Positions 17,146-25,387 of a stretch of DNA of 32,000 nt are shown here, in pieces. This DNA is from Promethearchaeia archaeon. Its GTDB lineage: Archaea; Asgardarchaeota; Lokiarchaeia; Sigyniarchaeales; SOKP01. The position numbers and the translations under genes are program-made. The stretch covers positions 12,792-44,791 of the forward strand of contig JAWOFX010000029.1 of the NCBI GenBank assembly GCA_046497275.1, in the 5' to 3' direction. The notes under the pieces were generated by a model. That model had not been told where the DNA came from. It was given only the letters and a program-made list of their open reading frames with translations, and searched no databases. Position 1 is the first letter of the stretch; each line of letters starts with the position of its first letter.

Positions 17146-17967
17146 ATGGAAAATATGCAATGGGGTATGAAGAATCGTTTATCCCGTATTATTAATCCAA
17201 AAACAGGTCATTGCGTAATGCTTGCGATGGATCATGGGTATTTTGGAAATATACCCGGTCAACTTAAATGCTTCAGCGATTTAAATCCCTTATTTGAATA
17301 TGCTGATGCATTAATGCTTACAAGAGGTATGCTTAGGTCATGCGTTGCAGCGGAGATCGATAAACCAATTGTACTTAGAGTATCGGCTGGAGCCAGTATG
17401 ATGAAGGAATTATCTAATGAAGTGATTAATGTAACTATTGATGAGGCAATTAGATTGAATGTGTCGGCAATAACATGTTCTATTTTTGTTGGTGGAGAAT
17501 TTGAAAAACAAACTATTATGAATCTTTCAAAACTCGTGAATTGGGGCCAAGATTATGGGATCCCAGTGTTAGCAGTCACAGCGGTAGGGAGGGAAATGGC
17601 AAGGGATGCTAGATATTTAGGAATGGCAAGTAGATTAGCAGCAGAAATGGGAGCCAATTTTGTTAAAACATATTACTGCGATGATTTCGAAGATGTTATC
17701 GGAGTTTGCCCCGTTCCAATTGTCATTGCAGGCGGAAAAATAGATTTGAATTCCTAATCTATGCCGAAAAAAATCCCAGAAAGGGATGCCCTGCAAATGG
17801 CTAAAGATGCAATAGATAAGGGAGCCGTTGGAGTAGATATGGGAAGAAACATTTTTTTAAGTGATAGCCCTGTTGGAATGATTCAAGCAGTAAGGGAGAT
17901 TGTCCATAAAAATGCTTCTGTAGACGAAGCATACGAAATTTATCAACAAGGACCAAAAGGTCTTTAA
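17146..17967 (+). CDS. lsrF: LsrF-family class I aldolase/thiolase, interrupted by a 30-nt stop-containing insertion; predicted spliced product 263 aa
   Basis: [31 protein letters not shown], catalytic [23 protein letters not shown]. The two ORF-track fragments (17146..17757 and 17761..17967) are in the same frame. Deleting 30 nt gives [13 protein letters not shown], matching the LsrF motif IAGGKKLPE. Confidence 0.85.
17739..17768 (+). other. Candidate bulge-helix-bulge (BHB-like) mRNA intron, AATAGATTTGAATTCCTAATCTATGCCGAA
   Basis: 7-bp intron stem ATAGATT (17740-46)/AATCTAT (17756-62); 3-nt bulges 17737-39 and 17767-69; central helix CGGA (17733-36)/GCCG (17763-66) with three G-C pairs and one A.G mismatch. 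Cutting after the second nt of each bulge removes exactly 30 nt and the TAA. Confidence 0.65.
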
Positions 17968-18017
17968 AATATTATTCTCTTTTTTTTAATTTTGTTTTTT
18001 AAATATACAATAATTGT

Positions 18018-19496
18018 TTATATTTGAAAAGTAGTAATTTCTTCACTTTTTGTAGAAGTTTGGTTATCTAATCTCCATTTAATTTTTCTCACGTTATCTA
18101 AAAAATTAAAGGATTCCCTTAAAACATTGAAAATATTTTTCTGAAATATGAGTCTGAGACCTTTACTTCGTAATAGTCTGAGAATAGTATCCTTCCAATT
18201 TCGATTGAAATATGCGTTATAATATGCTTTTAACAGAAGTTCTTCCAATTTTTCTTTAGATAAATAATTCAATCTATTTACGGCGGTTGTAAAGTTATAT
18301 TGACTCCAATCCTCAGATAATAAATATCCTTTTTGAATTATAAGATCTCTAAATTTGGTGCCTGGTAAGGGTGTCATGACTGAATAAATCGGAAAATCAA
18401 TATCTAGTTTTTTAACAATCCTAATCATTATTTCAGTATCTTTTTCTACTTCGTCGAGATTTGCACCTATTAGCAGGCTTCCTACGATTAAAATATTATT
18501 TTCATGAAGTATTTGAATGGATTTGATTATATCCTTAAAATTAACTTTTTTATCAATATTATTTAAAGACTTTTGGTTAAATGATTCGATTCCACAGAAA
18601 AAAGACCAAAATCCCGCCTTCGCCATTTTCTTAATTATCCTTGGATTTCTATTAATAACATCCATTCTACTTTGGCACATTAGATCCAACTTAATTCCCT
18701 CTTCAATAATTAAGTCACAGATTTTCTCAACACGCTTCATATTAGCAGTAAAATTATCATCTACTATTAACACGTTCGTACGTCCTTTTTCTTCATATAT
18801 AATCTTCAATTCTTTCAAAACACGTTCTGGAGTTTTCATTCGATATGTTCCTCGAAAAAATAGATGAATATTACAGAATGTACATTTATATGGACAACCT
18901 CTGCTTGTTTCAAGAGCGTCAACAGGTAATTGAAAAATTTGATAATAAGATTTATTATCTCTTAAATGTCTTGCGGGAATAGGTAATTTATTAATATCTT
19001 TAATTAAGGGGCGATCTGGATTATTAATTATGTTTCCTTCTTTTTTATAAGATATACCATCAATTTCTTCGAAATCTTTATTTTGAATTAATTCTTTAAA
19101 GGTTATCTCTCCTTCCCCACGAACCACCACATCTACAAAACTATATTTTAATACATCAAAGGGAACAAAATTTGGGTGCCACCCTCCCAAAACTGTGGCG
19201 TATCCATTTTTTTTCGCTTCTCTTGCGATTTTTAATGAAAAATTTATACCTATCGTAAAACAACAAGAAATTCCTACTACATCTGGCTCATATTCGTTCA
19301 TTTCTTTAACAAGATCTTTAACTTTTAGATTCCGAACTTTCGCATCAATAATTTTAACTTTAACATGATCTAAAATACATGCGGCAATAGTCTCTAAACC
19401 TAATGGAGGTATTGTGATATTGTCTGTAATTGTCTTCGTTACGAAATTTGGATATACTAATAACACTTTTTTTATTTTCCTATTAAGTAATTTCAT
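18018..19496 (-). CDS. Cobalamin (B12)-binding radical SAM protein (class B methyltransferase-like)
   Basis: N-terminal PPLGL/B12 domain, GGWHP, GEGE, RGCPYKCTFC, DDNF. Confidence 0.92.
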   Translation of the reverse strand: MKLLNRKIKKVLLVYPNFVTKTITDNITIPPLGLETIAACILDHVKVKIIDAKVRNLKVKDLVKEMNEYEPDVVGISCCFTIGINFSLKIAREAKKNGYATVLGGWHPNFVPFDVLKYSFVDVVVRGEGEITFKELIQNKDFEEIDGISYKKEGNIINNPDRPLIKDINKLPIPARHLRDNKSYYQIFQLPVDALETSRGCPYKCTFCNIHLFFRGTYRMKTPERVLKELKIIYEEKGRTNVLIVDDNFTANMKRVEKICDLIIEEGIKLDLMCQSRMDVINRNPRIIKKMAKAGFWSFFCGIESFNQKSLNNIDKKVNFKDIIKSIQILHENNILIVGSLLIGANLDEVEKDTEIMIRIVKKLDIDFPIYSVMTPLPGTKFRDLIIQKGYLLSEDWSQYNFTTAVNRLNYLSKEKLEELLLKAYYNAYFNRNWKDTILRLLRSKGLRLIFQKNIFNVLRESFNFLDNVRKIKWRLDNQTSTKSEEITTFQI

Positions 19497-19715
19497 TTAA
19501 TGTACATTCTCGATTTGCTAGATTAATTTCAAATTTTTTCTCATTTAGAAGGCTATAAATTTGTAATATTAAAAAATTTATTAATTATTTTAGATTTCGC
19601 AATAAAATTAAATAAAATCAAGTTTTAGAAGATCTATTTTTAAATCTAATTCTCTATAAAAAACATTTAAGATTTAACCATCACTATTTCTATGTATACT
19701 CTCTCTCTCATAAAA

Positions 19716-20678
19716 ATGGCTCAGATTGATTTCAAAAATCTTAAAATCAAGGAAGTAACCAATAATATTCTGCTTGTAAAACAGATTAATCCTCCATTTT
19801 ATTTCTCTTGTTCTGATGGTTTAATTTTACTACCAAAAAAAGGGAGGAATCAAAACTTGATTGTTCTTGATTTAAACATTGAACCTAAATATATCGATCT
19901 CATAATTGAAAAGTATGGGAAACCATCTTATTATATTAATACTCATGGTCACATGGATCATATCGCTCATGTGCATGAGTGGGAAAAACGAGGTGCCCAA
20001 ATTCTCGGTCCTAAAGGAGAAATAGAAAATTTATTGAATCTAAAATATTTTTATAGATGTTATGAATTTAGTGAAGGTGTAAGCTTTTCCTCTATTAAGG
20101 AATTCGCGAAGGTTAATAGATATAATCATTGTCAAAAGATTACTGCATTTCAACCAGGAGAGGCCTTGGAATTAGAAGACCTAGTAATCCAGACGATTCC
20201 ATTAACAGGCCATTCAAAATCTCAAGTAGGATTTTTACTGAAAGAGGATAAAATATTTCATATTAGTTGTATGGGATTTGATATCTCTAATCCCGTTGAT
20301 AATGGTTTTGGACCTTGGTATGGATTTAAACAATGTTCAGTTGAACAATACATAAAAGATATCGATTTAGCAGAGAAGATATATAAAGAAAATGCAAATT
20401 ATCTTACCTCGAGTCATTCTTATATTATTAAAAAGCCAGAATTATTACCATTCATCTATATGAGAGAAAAAATCAAGCAAAATCAATTGATTATCGAAAA
20501 CGCTTTAAAGCAGATTGATACTCATCTAGGTTTAGAAGATAAAATACAAGAATTATTGAAAATGGATTTATTCTTTCCAAAAAAGAAGATGAATGGATTT
20601 TTAAAAGAAATATACACATTTTGGGAATATTGGATAATTAAAAATTCTTTACTCTTTCAAGAAAAGGATATTAATTGA
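19716..20678 (+). CDS. Metallo-beta-lactamase fold hydrolase
   Basis: THGHMDHIAH, TGHS, FGPWYG, SSH. ATG at 19716 preferred over 19692. Confidence 0.85.
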   Translation: MAQIDFKNLKIKEVTNNILLVKQINPPFYFSCSDGLILLPKKGRNQNLIVLDLNIEPKYIDLIIEKYGKPSYYINTHGHMDHIAHVHEWEKRGAQILGPKGEIENLLNLKYFYRCYEFSEGVSFSSIKEFAKVNRYNHCQKITAFQPGEALELEDLVIQTIPLTGHSKSQVGFLLKEDKIFHISCMGFDISNPVDNGFGPWYGFKQCSVEQYIKDIDLAEKIYKENANYLTSSHSYIIKKPELLPFIYMREKIKQNQLIIENALKQIDTHLGLEDKIQELLKMDLFFPKKKMNGFLKEIYTFWEYWIIKNSLLFQEKDIN

Positions 20679-20718
20679 AGAAAGAAATGAAAATCCAAAT
20701 ATAAACAAATTCTTTTAT

Positions 20719-21759
20719 TTAAGGTTCTAAAATAACCTTAAGAGATTCACTGGCATCACAGACTATTTGAAATCCTTTTTCTGCTTTTTCTAAGGGGAGA
20801 CGATGAGTAATGAGATCAATAGTATTTATTTGTTTGGATTTAATCCAATTATAGGACTCATCAAGATCTTGTGGAGCTGCCCCATAAGAAGTCATCAATT
20901 TAACTTCATTTCGCCAATAGGAATTAATTGGAATTTCAAGATTTATCCCCGGTTTCGGGACCGCAAAAAATATTATCGTAGAACTTGCTCCTACACAATC
21001 TAATGCCTGATTCGCAGCAGATAAAGCACCAGTGCACACTATAATCACATCAGGCATCCTCCCATCATTAACTTCTTTAATTTTATTTGGTATATCATCA
21101 GAGGCGTTAAATATGGCATCAGCTCCAAATTCGATTGCCTTATTTAGCCGATATTTACTAATATCCGTACAAATAATTTTATTGACACCTTTTGCTTTTG
21201 CAAGTTTCAAATGAAGTAATCCAGAAACCCCACTCCCTAATATGAGTAAGGTTTGCCCTTCATGAATATCTGCTAATCTTTGTGCTCTGCAAACACAGCC
21301 TAATGGTTCTATGAATACTCCATCTTCATAAGACATATTTTCATCGAGTTTGTATACCCCTTTTTTCTCAATATTAATGTGGGGGATTCTCACATATTCT
21401 GCGAAACCACCAGGATCAAAATTGGTATTATGTAATAGGTGACACGCGGTATGATGACCTTGATCGCAAAAGTGACATTCAAAACAAGGTACATGATGTG
21501 ATACAAATACTCTATCCCCAACTTTATAATTTTGAATTTCTTTTCCTACTTCAACAATATCACCAGCAATTTCATGACCCAAGATAAGATAATCTACACC
21601 TAATCGTTCCATTTTAGACAATCGATAATATTCTAATATATCTGAACCACATATTCCTGATTTTTTTACATGGACTAATAATTCATTATCTTTAATTGAA
21701 GGTTTAGGAATATCCTCTACTCTTATATCTGTATTATTATAATATTTTGCAGCTTTCAT
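20719..21759 (-). CDS. Zn-dependent medium-chain alcohol dehydrogenase (sorbitol/threonine dehydrogenase-like)
   Basis: CGSD, GHE, structural Zn CFECHFCDQGHHTAC, EPLGC, GSGVSG. Confidence 0.93.
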   Translation of the reverse strand: MKAAKYYNNTDIRVEDIPKPSIKDNELLVHVKKSGICGSDILEYYRLSKMERLGVDYLILGHEIAGDIVEVGKEIQNYKVGDRVFVSHHVPCFECHFCDQGHHTACHLLHNTNFDPGGFAEYVRIPHINIEKKGVYKLDENMSYEDGVFIEPLGCVCRAQRLADIHEGQTLLILGSGVSGLLHLKLAKAKGVNKIICTDISKYRLNKAIEFGADAIFNASDDIPNKIKEVNDGRMPDVIIVCTGALSAANQALDCVGASSTIIFFAVPKPGINLEIPINSYWRNEVKLMTSYGAAPQDLDESYNWIKSKQINTIDLITHRLPLEKAEKGFQIVCDASESLKVILEP

Positions 21760-21837
21760 GTATAATTCTTTATAAAATAGAATTGATTTAATTAATTATT
21801 CATTATTTTAATATCTAAAGTATATAATGTGAAAATT

Positions 21838-22002
21838 ATGGCGAAATGGGAATGTCTGGTATGTGGTTATGTATATGATACTGAAAAAGGAGATCCAACC
21901 AATGATATAGAACCGGAAACATCTTTTGAGGATTTACCCGATGATTGGATCTGCCCAGTGTGTGGTGCACCGAAGTCCCAATTTGAGCAAATAGAAGATT
22001 AA
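21838..22002 (+). CDS. Rubredoxin (54 aa), missed by the ORF track
   Basis: [20 protein letters not shown]...[20 protein letters not shown]. Confidence 0.97.
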   Translation: MAKWECLVCGYVYDTEKGDPTNDIEPETSFEDLPDDWICPVCGAPKSQFEQIED

Positions 22003-22068
22003 TATTTCTTTTCTTTTTTATTTAAAATTAATTAAGCTTCTAAAAATAGAAAAAGAAAAAAAGAGAGT
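22003..22068. terminator. Probable bidirectional oligo-U terminator between convergent rubredoxin and RHH genes
   Basis: T-tract TTTCTTTTCTTTTTT after the rubredoxin stop and A-tract AGAAAAAGAAAAAAAG after the RHH stop on the other strand. Confidence 0.45.
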
Positions 22069-22263
22069 TTATTTTTGTTTACTTTCAACAAGCATCTGGA
22101 ATTTACTTTCCTCAAGATCCTCATACATTTTTAATTCATCTTTTAAAAAATTCTCTAGGGCAATTCGGATTGCCTCTGATCTTGATGGATAAATATCGAG
22201 GTCATTAAGGATTTGAATAGCATCCAAATATTTCTCAGGTAAATTAATTGTTATTATTCTCAT
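22069..22263 (-). CDS. Ribbon-helix-helix (CopG/Arc-MetJ) transcription regulator
   Basis: MRIITINLPEKYLDAI...YPSRSEAIRIAL. Confidence 0.88.
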   Translation of the reverse strand: MRIITINLPEKYLDAIQILNDLDIYPSRSEAIRIALENFLKDELKMYEDLEESKFQMLVESKQK

Positions 22264-22490
22264 TTTTAATCAAATTTGAAAAATACATTCATTATATAGA
22301 TTATATATTTTGTCGGATTGCTTATAAAAGAATAATATTAATAGTTTGATTTGTTAACCCTTTAATGATTGATGAATATTTCCCTTTAAATAATATTTTC
22401 AAAATATACATTATTAATAAATTGATATATGCTTTTCAATTTTGAAAAAAAGGGGAAAATAATATATTCATAAGATTGGAGAGTTTAATC

Positions 22491-23252
22491 TCAGAAGGGT
22501 TTATTAAAAGACTTTATATGGATCACGAGCGAGAATGAAGATTTAAATAATTCAGCATGCCCGATATCTTTAATTTCACTCAGAAAAGTAAGATTATAAT
22601 CCTTTTCCCGTTTTAAGTATTTAATATCTCGAGTTTTATGTTCTGGATCTAAATACACATCCATTTTAAGAACTTTTTTATCCGTTTTTCCTGGCATATC
22701 TGGCATTAAATTAAACGCAAATAATAGGTCGGGATCGGACTCTTGGGGCCCATTTTTAACAAACAATATGTTAGGTTCGGTTACTGCCATAAAACTCTTC
22801 AGATCATGATAGAGATCATCAATCTTTAGAGTCAATGGTTCATTCTCTTCATCTTGAAAAGGAGTGCAATCACTAATTTTAGGGATTATAAATTTTTCTC
22901 TCGTTCTAAAAGCTAAATCTATCTCTTTTTCTCTCAAAAACTCTCTAAAGATTGGATCATCTTTTTCTAGAATAAATTTATCAGAAATTAATTCCTTTTG
23001 GCAATACACTATTAAGGTTCCTACTGAAATTATGTTGATTTTTTGATAAAAAATGTTATAAATTGGGTTAAACGGAATATTAATAACATCTTTTTCTCCA
23101 CCCATTCCTAACTGGGCTAAAAGGTTAGAAGAAACTTGGCTATTTAAGGTGAATAATAAAAAATCTCTAAAATTATTAAGTTCAAGATAATTAGAAAATC
23201 CTTTAAAGTAGTTTTTAATGATTTCTATCTTATGAATTAATTCATTTGACAT
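22491..23252 (-). CDS. Hypothetical soluble protein (253 aa)
   Basis: Long ORF with ATG start and protein-like composition; no motif recognised. Confidence 0.7.
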   Translation of the reverse strand: MSNELIHKIEIIKNYFKGFSNYLELNNFRDFLLFTLNSQVSSNLLAQLGMGGEKDVINIPFNPIYNIFYQKINIISVGTLIVYCQKELISDKFILEKDDPIFREFLREKEIDLAFRTREKFIIPKISDCTPFQDEENEPLTLKIDDLYHDLKSFMAVTEPNILFVKNGPQESDPDLLFAFNLMPDMPGKTDKKVLKMDVYLDPEHKTRDIKYLKREKDYNLTFLSEIKDIGHAELFKSSFSLVIHIKSFNKPF

Positions 23253-23312
23253 TTTAAGCCCTAATAGTGATGATTATTAGTAAATATTTTAATTGTATTC
23301 AAGTAATTCATT

Positions 23313-23717
23313 TTACTTTAAATATTTATCTAAAAAATCTTTCAGAGAGTTTTTAACATCTAGATTGATGTGATGCTCTATTTGACATGCGAGATCTTCA
23401 ATAGTATCTTCATCTTCAAGTTTCAAGACTTTCTTGAAGAATATTTTTAATAATAAGTGTATTTCATTTAGTTGTCGAGCCAATTTTTTTCCTTTTGTTG
23501 TTAGTCGTATTGCTTTTCTTGGCTCCCATTTAATCAGATTCTTTTCTTTTAATTTTTCTAACATTCCGGAAACCGAAGCAGGTTCAACATTTAAACTTTC
23601 AGCAATTTCTTTATTGCTTACCCAACCGCCTCGCTTTTTACTAGCAATTAAATAAATCTCATCTAAATATCTTTGATATGATTCCGGAATATCTGAAAGA
23701 TGCTGATTTTCATTCAT
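23313..23717 (-). CDS. DtxR/MntR family metal-dependent repressor (no SH3/FeoA domain)
   Basis: ESYQRYLDEIY, IAESLNVEPASVSGMLEKL wHTH, LTTKG, EIHLLL..FF, ACQIEHHI metal site. Confidence 0.92.
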   Translation of the reverse strand: MNENQHLSDIPESYQRYLDEIYLIASKKRGGWVSNKEIAESLNVEPASVSGMLEKLKEKNLIKWEPRKAIRLTTKGKKLARQLNEIHLLLKIFFKKVLKLEDEDTIEDLACQIEHHINLDVKNSLKDFLDKYLK

Positions 23718-23764
23718 GAGAAATAAAATTATACATTATTTGTATAAAATCTAAGTTTAACAAA

Positions 23765-23782
23765 TCTAAATATGTATTTAGA
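23765..23782. promoter_or_regulatory. Perfect palindrome TCTAAATA-TG-TATTTAGA, candidate operator
   Basis: 8-bp inverted arms lying 48 nt upstream of the DtxR-family ATG, in a divergent promoter region. Confidence 0.4.
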
Positions 23783-23942
23783 ATTTTTATTTTTGTTCCT
23801 TTAAAAGTAAAAGTGTATATAAAAATGGATTCAGAAAATACATTTTATTTTTTCAAAATATCTTATAACAAGAAAAATTTATTAACTTAGAGGAGAAAAT
23901 TAGAATTATACAAAATATTAAATTTTGTTTTGGGTGAAAAAT

Positions 23943-24683
23943 ATGGTAGACTTGAATCTTTTTGATTATCTACACGGTATTACTACCCTTACTTTCGTAA
24001 TCCTCTCAATCATAATAGGCATTCGCCTTCTTACAAAATATAAATCGTTAAAACGGAAAGAGATAATTACAGTAGGATTTGCATGGATATTTCTTAGCTC
24101 TGCTTGGTGGGGAAGCTCTTTCTCCTTTCTTTCTATATTAATCGCGGATTATGCATTCGAAGATTTTCTATTCTTTTTTCTCGCAAATGTTTTTATTCCA
24201 ATAGCACTTGTCTGCTGGATCTATTCTTTTAGTGTTATTCTATATCCAAATTCTAAAGATAAGATCACGATTCCGTTCATAATTCTTTCTGTGCTCTACG
24301 AAATTTTTTTAATTTCGCTTCTATTAGATCCAACGTATTATCCTGATTTTATAGGAAAAATAAATCAAAAATTCTATTATCAACCTGGTTTATTAACGTT
24401 GATTTTCCAGCTATTTTCTGTATTAATTACCATCATTACAGGATATATTTTTTCTTTTAAATCAATGAAAGTAGAAGATCCTAAAGTCAAATGGAAAGGG
24501 AGATTTCTATTAATTGCATTTTCTTTATTTATAGTAGGAGCAATATTTGACGCATTAATCACTATGACCGAAGTGACGGTTGTTATCATAAGAAGCATTC
24601 TAATTTTAAGCTCCATTTTCTATTATTTGGGTTTTCTCTTGCCTGATCGACTTGCTGAACACCTCGGAGCCATCACAGAATAA
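23943..24683 (+). CDS. Stand-alone ~7-TM membrane protein, Lokiarchaeal expanded-family type
   Basis: Seven hydrophobic segments, C-terminal 'YYLGFLLP'; GGTGA upstream of ATG at 23943. Confidence 0.75.
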   Translation: MVDLNLFDYLHGITTLTFVILSIIIGIRLLTKYKSLKRKEIITVGFAWIFLSSAWWGSSFSFLSILIADYAFEDFLFFFLANVFIPIALVCWIYSFSVILYPNSKDKITIPFIILSVLYEIFLISLLLDPTYYPDFIGKINQKFYYQPGLLTLIFQLFSVLITIITGYIFSFKSMKVEDPKVKWKGRFLLIAFSLFIVGAIFDALITMTEVTVVIIRSILILSSIFYYLGFLLPDRLAEHLGAITE

Positions 24684-24731
24684 TTCAATTTTTCTCTAAT
24701 TATTTTTTTTAATAATGTCTTTTTTTTTTAC

Positions 24732-25301
24732 TTGGTGAGTAAAGTTAAAGAATATTCGGGTACTTTATTTTTGATTGTTGGAAACTCTTGTTCTGGTAAA
24801 GATTCTATTATTTCTGGAACTATTAAAAAATATCCTTCAAATTTAAAAAAGATTTATAATCCAAAGAGATATATTACTCGCCCTCCATCTAAAACAGAGG
24901 AAAATATTTCTATCACTCCAATTGAATTTAAAGAATTATCTGAGAAAGGTATGTTTGCATTAGAGTGGCATATCTATGGATTAGATTATGGAGTCCCAAT
25001 TAAGATCGATCAACTTCTTTCGAAAGGTCATCCAGTAGTAGTTAATGTTAGTAGAACAATTATTAAAGAAGCTCGTAAAGTATACAAGAATCTAAAAGTT
25101 ATTTTTATTAAAGTTCCATTAAAAGTCTGTATTGAACGCTTAAAGGAAAGAGGGAGGGAAAGAGAGAATCGGATTGAGGAAAGAATTCAGAGAGCTCGAA
25201 CCCATCAGGAATTTGAAGAAGCAGATTATGTGATTGATAATACAAGCTCTTTGGATTATGCTGTTGACAAGCTCTTAGGTTATATTATATTACATCTTTA
25301 A
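24732..25301 (+). CDS. phnN: PhnN-like ribose 1,5-bisphosphate phosphokinase (guanylate-kinase fold)
   Basis: GNSCSGKDS P-loop, RYITRP, FALEWHIYGLDYGVP..ID..L..G..VVVNVSR, ERLKERGRE. GTG start. Confidence 0.7.
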   Translation: MVSKVKEYSGTLFLIVGNSCSGKDSIISGTIKKYPSNLKKIYNPKRYITRPPSKTEENISITPIEFKELSEKGMFALEWHIYGLDYGVPIKIDQLLSKGHPVVVNVSRTIIKEARKVYKNLKVIFIKVPLKVCIERLKERGRERENRIEERIQRARTHQEFEEADYVIDNTSSLDYAVDKLLGYIILHL

Positions 25302-25387
25302 GAAAAATTTTAAATTTCATATAATCCCAATCTGCTAATGATTGAGGGGTTTTTATTATTGAATCAAAATAATATTATGAAGATTAG

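Noticed and set aside
17755-17757. Selenocysteine or pyrrolysine readthrough of the lsrF internal stop
   Set aside because: The codon is TAA, not TGA or TAG, and readthrough would leave a 10-residue insert in a conserved loop.
17732-17771. Target-site duplication or MITE footprint explanation (GCGGAAAAA / GCCGAAAAA)
   Set aside because: The near-repeat is offset by 31 nt rather than 30 and is imperfect. No transposase or related element is in the window. Not fully excluded as the origin of the insert.
21590-21650. Apparent short insertion in the Zn-ADH before GHE as a second intron
   Set aside because: Frame is open and no BHB-like stem or bulges were found.
22374-22470. Imperfect long inverted repeat between the RHH and orphan genes
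   Set aside because: Arms align only with gaps and consist of A/T runs expected by chance.
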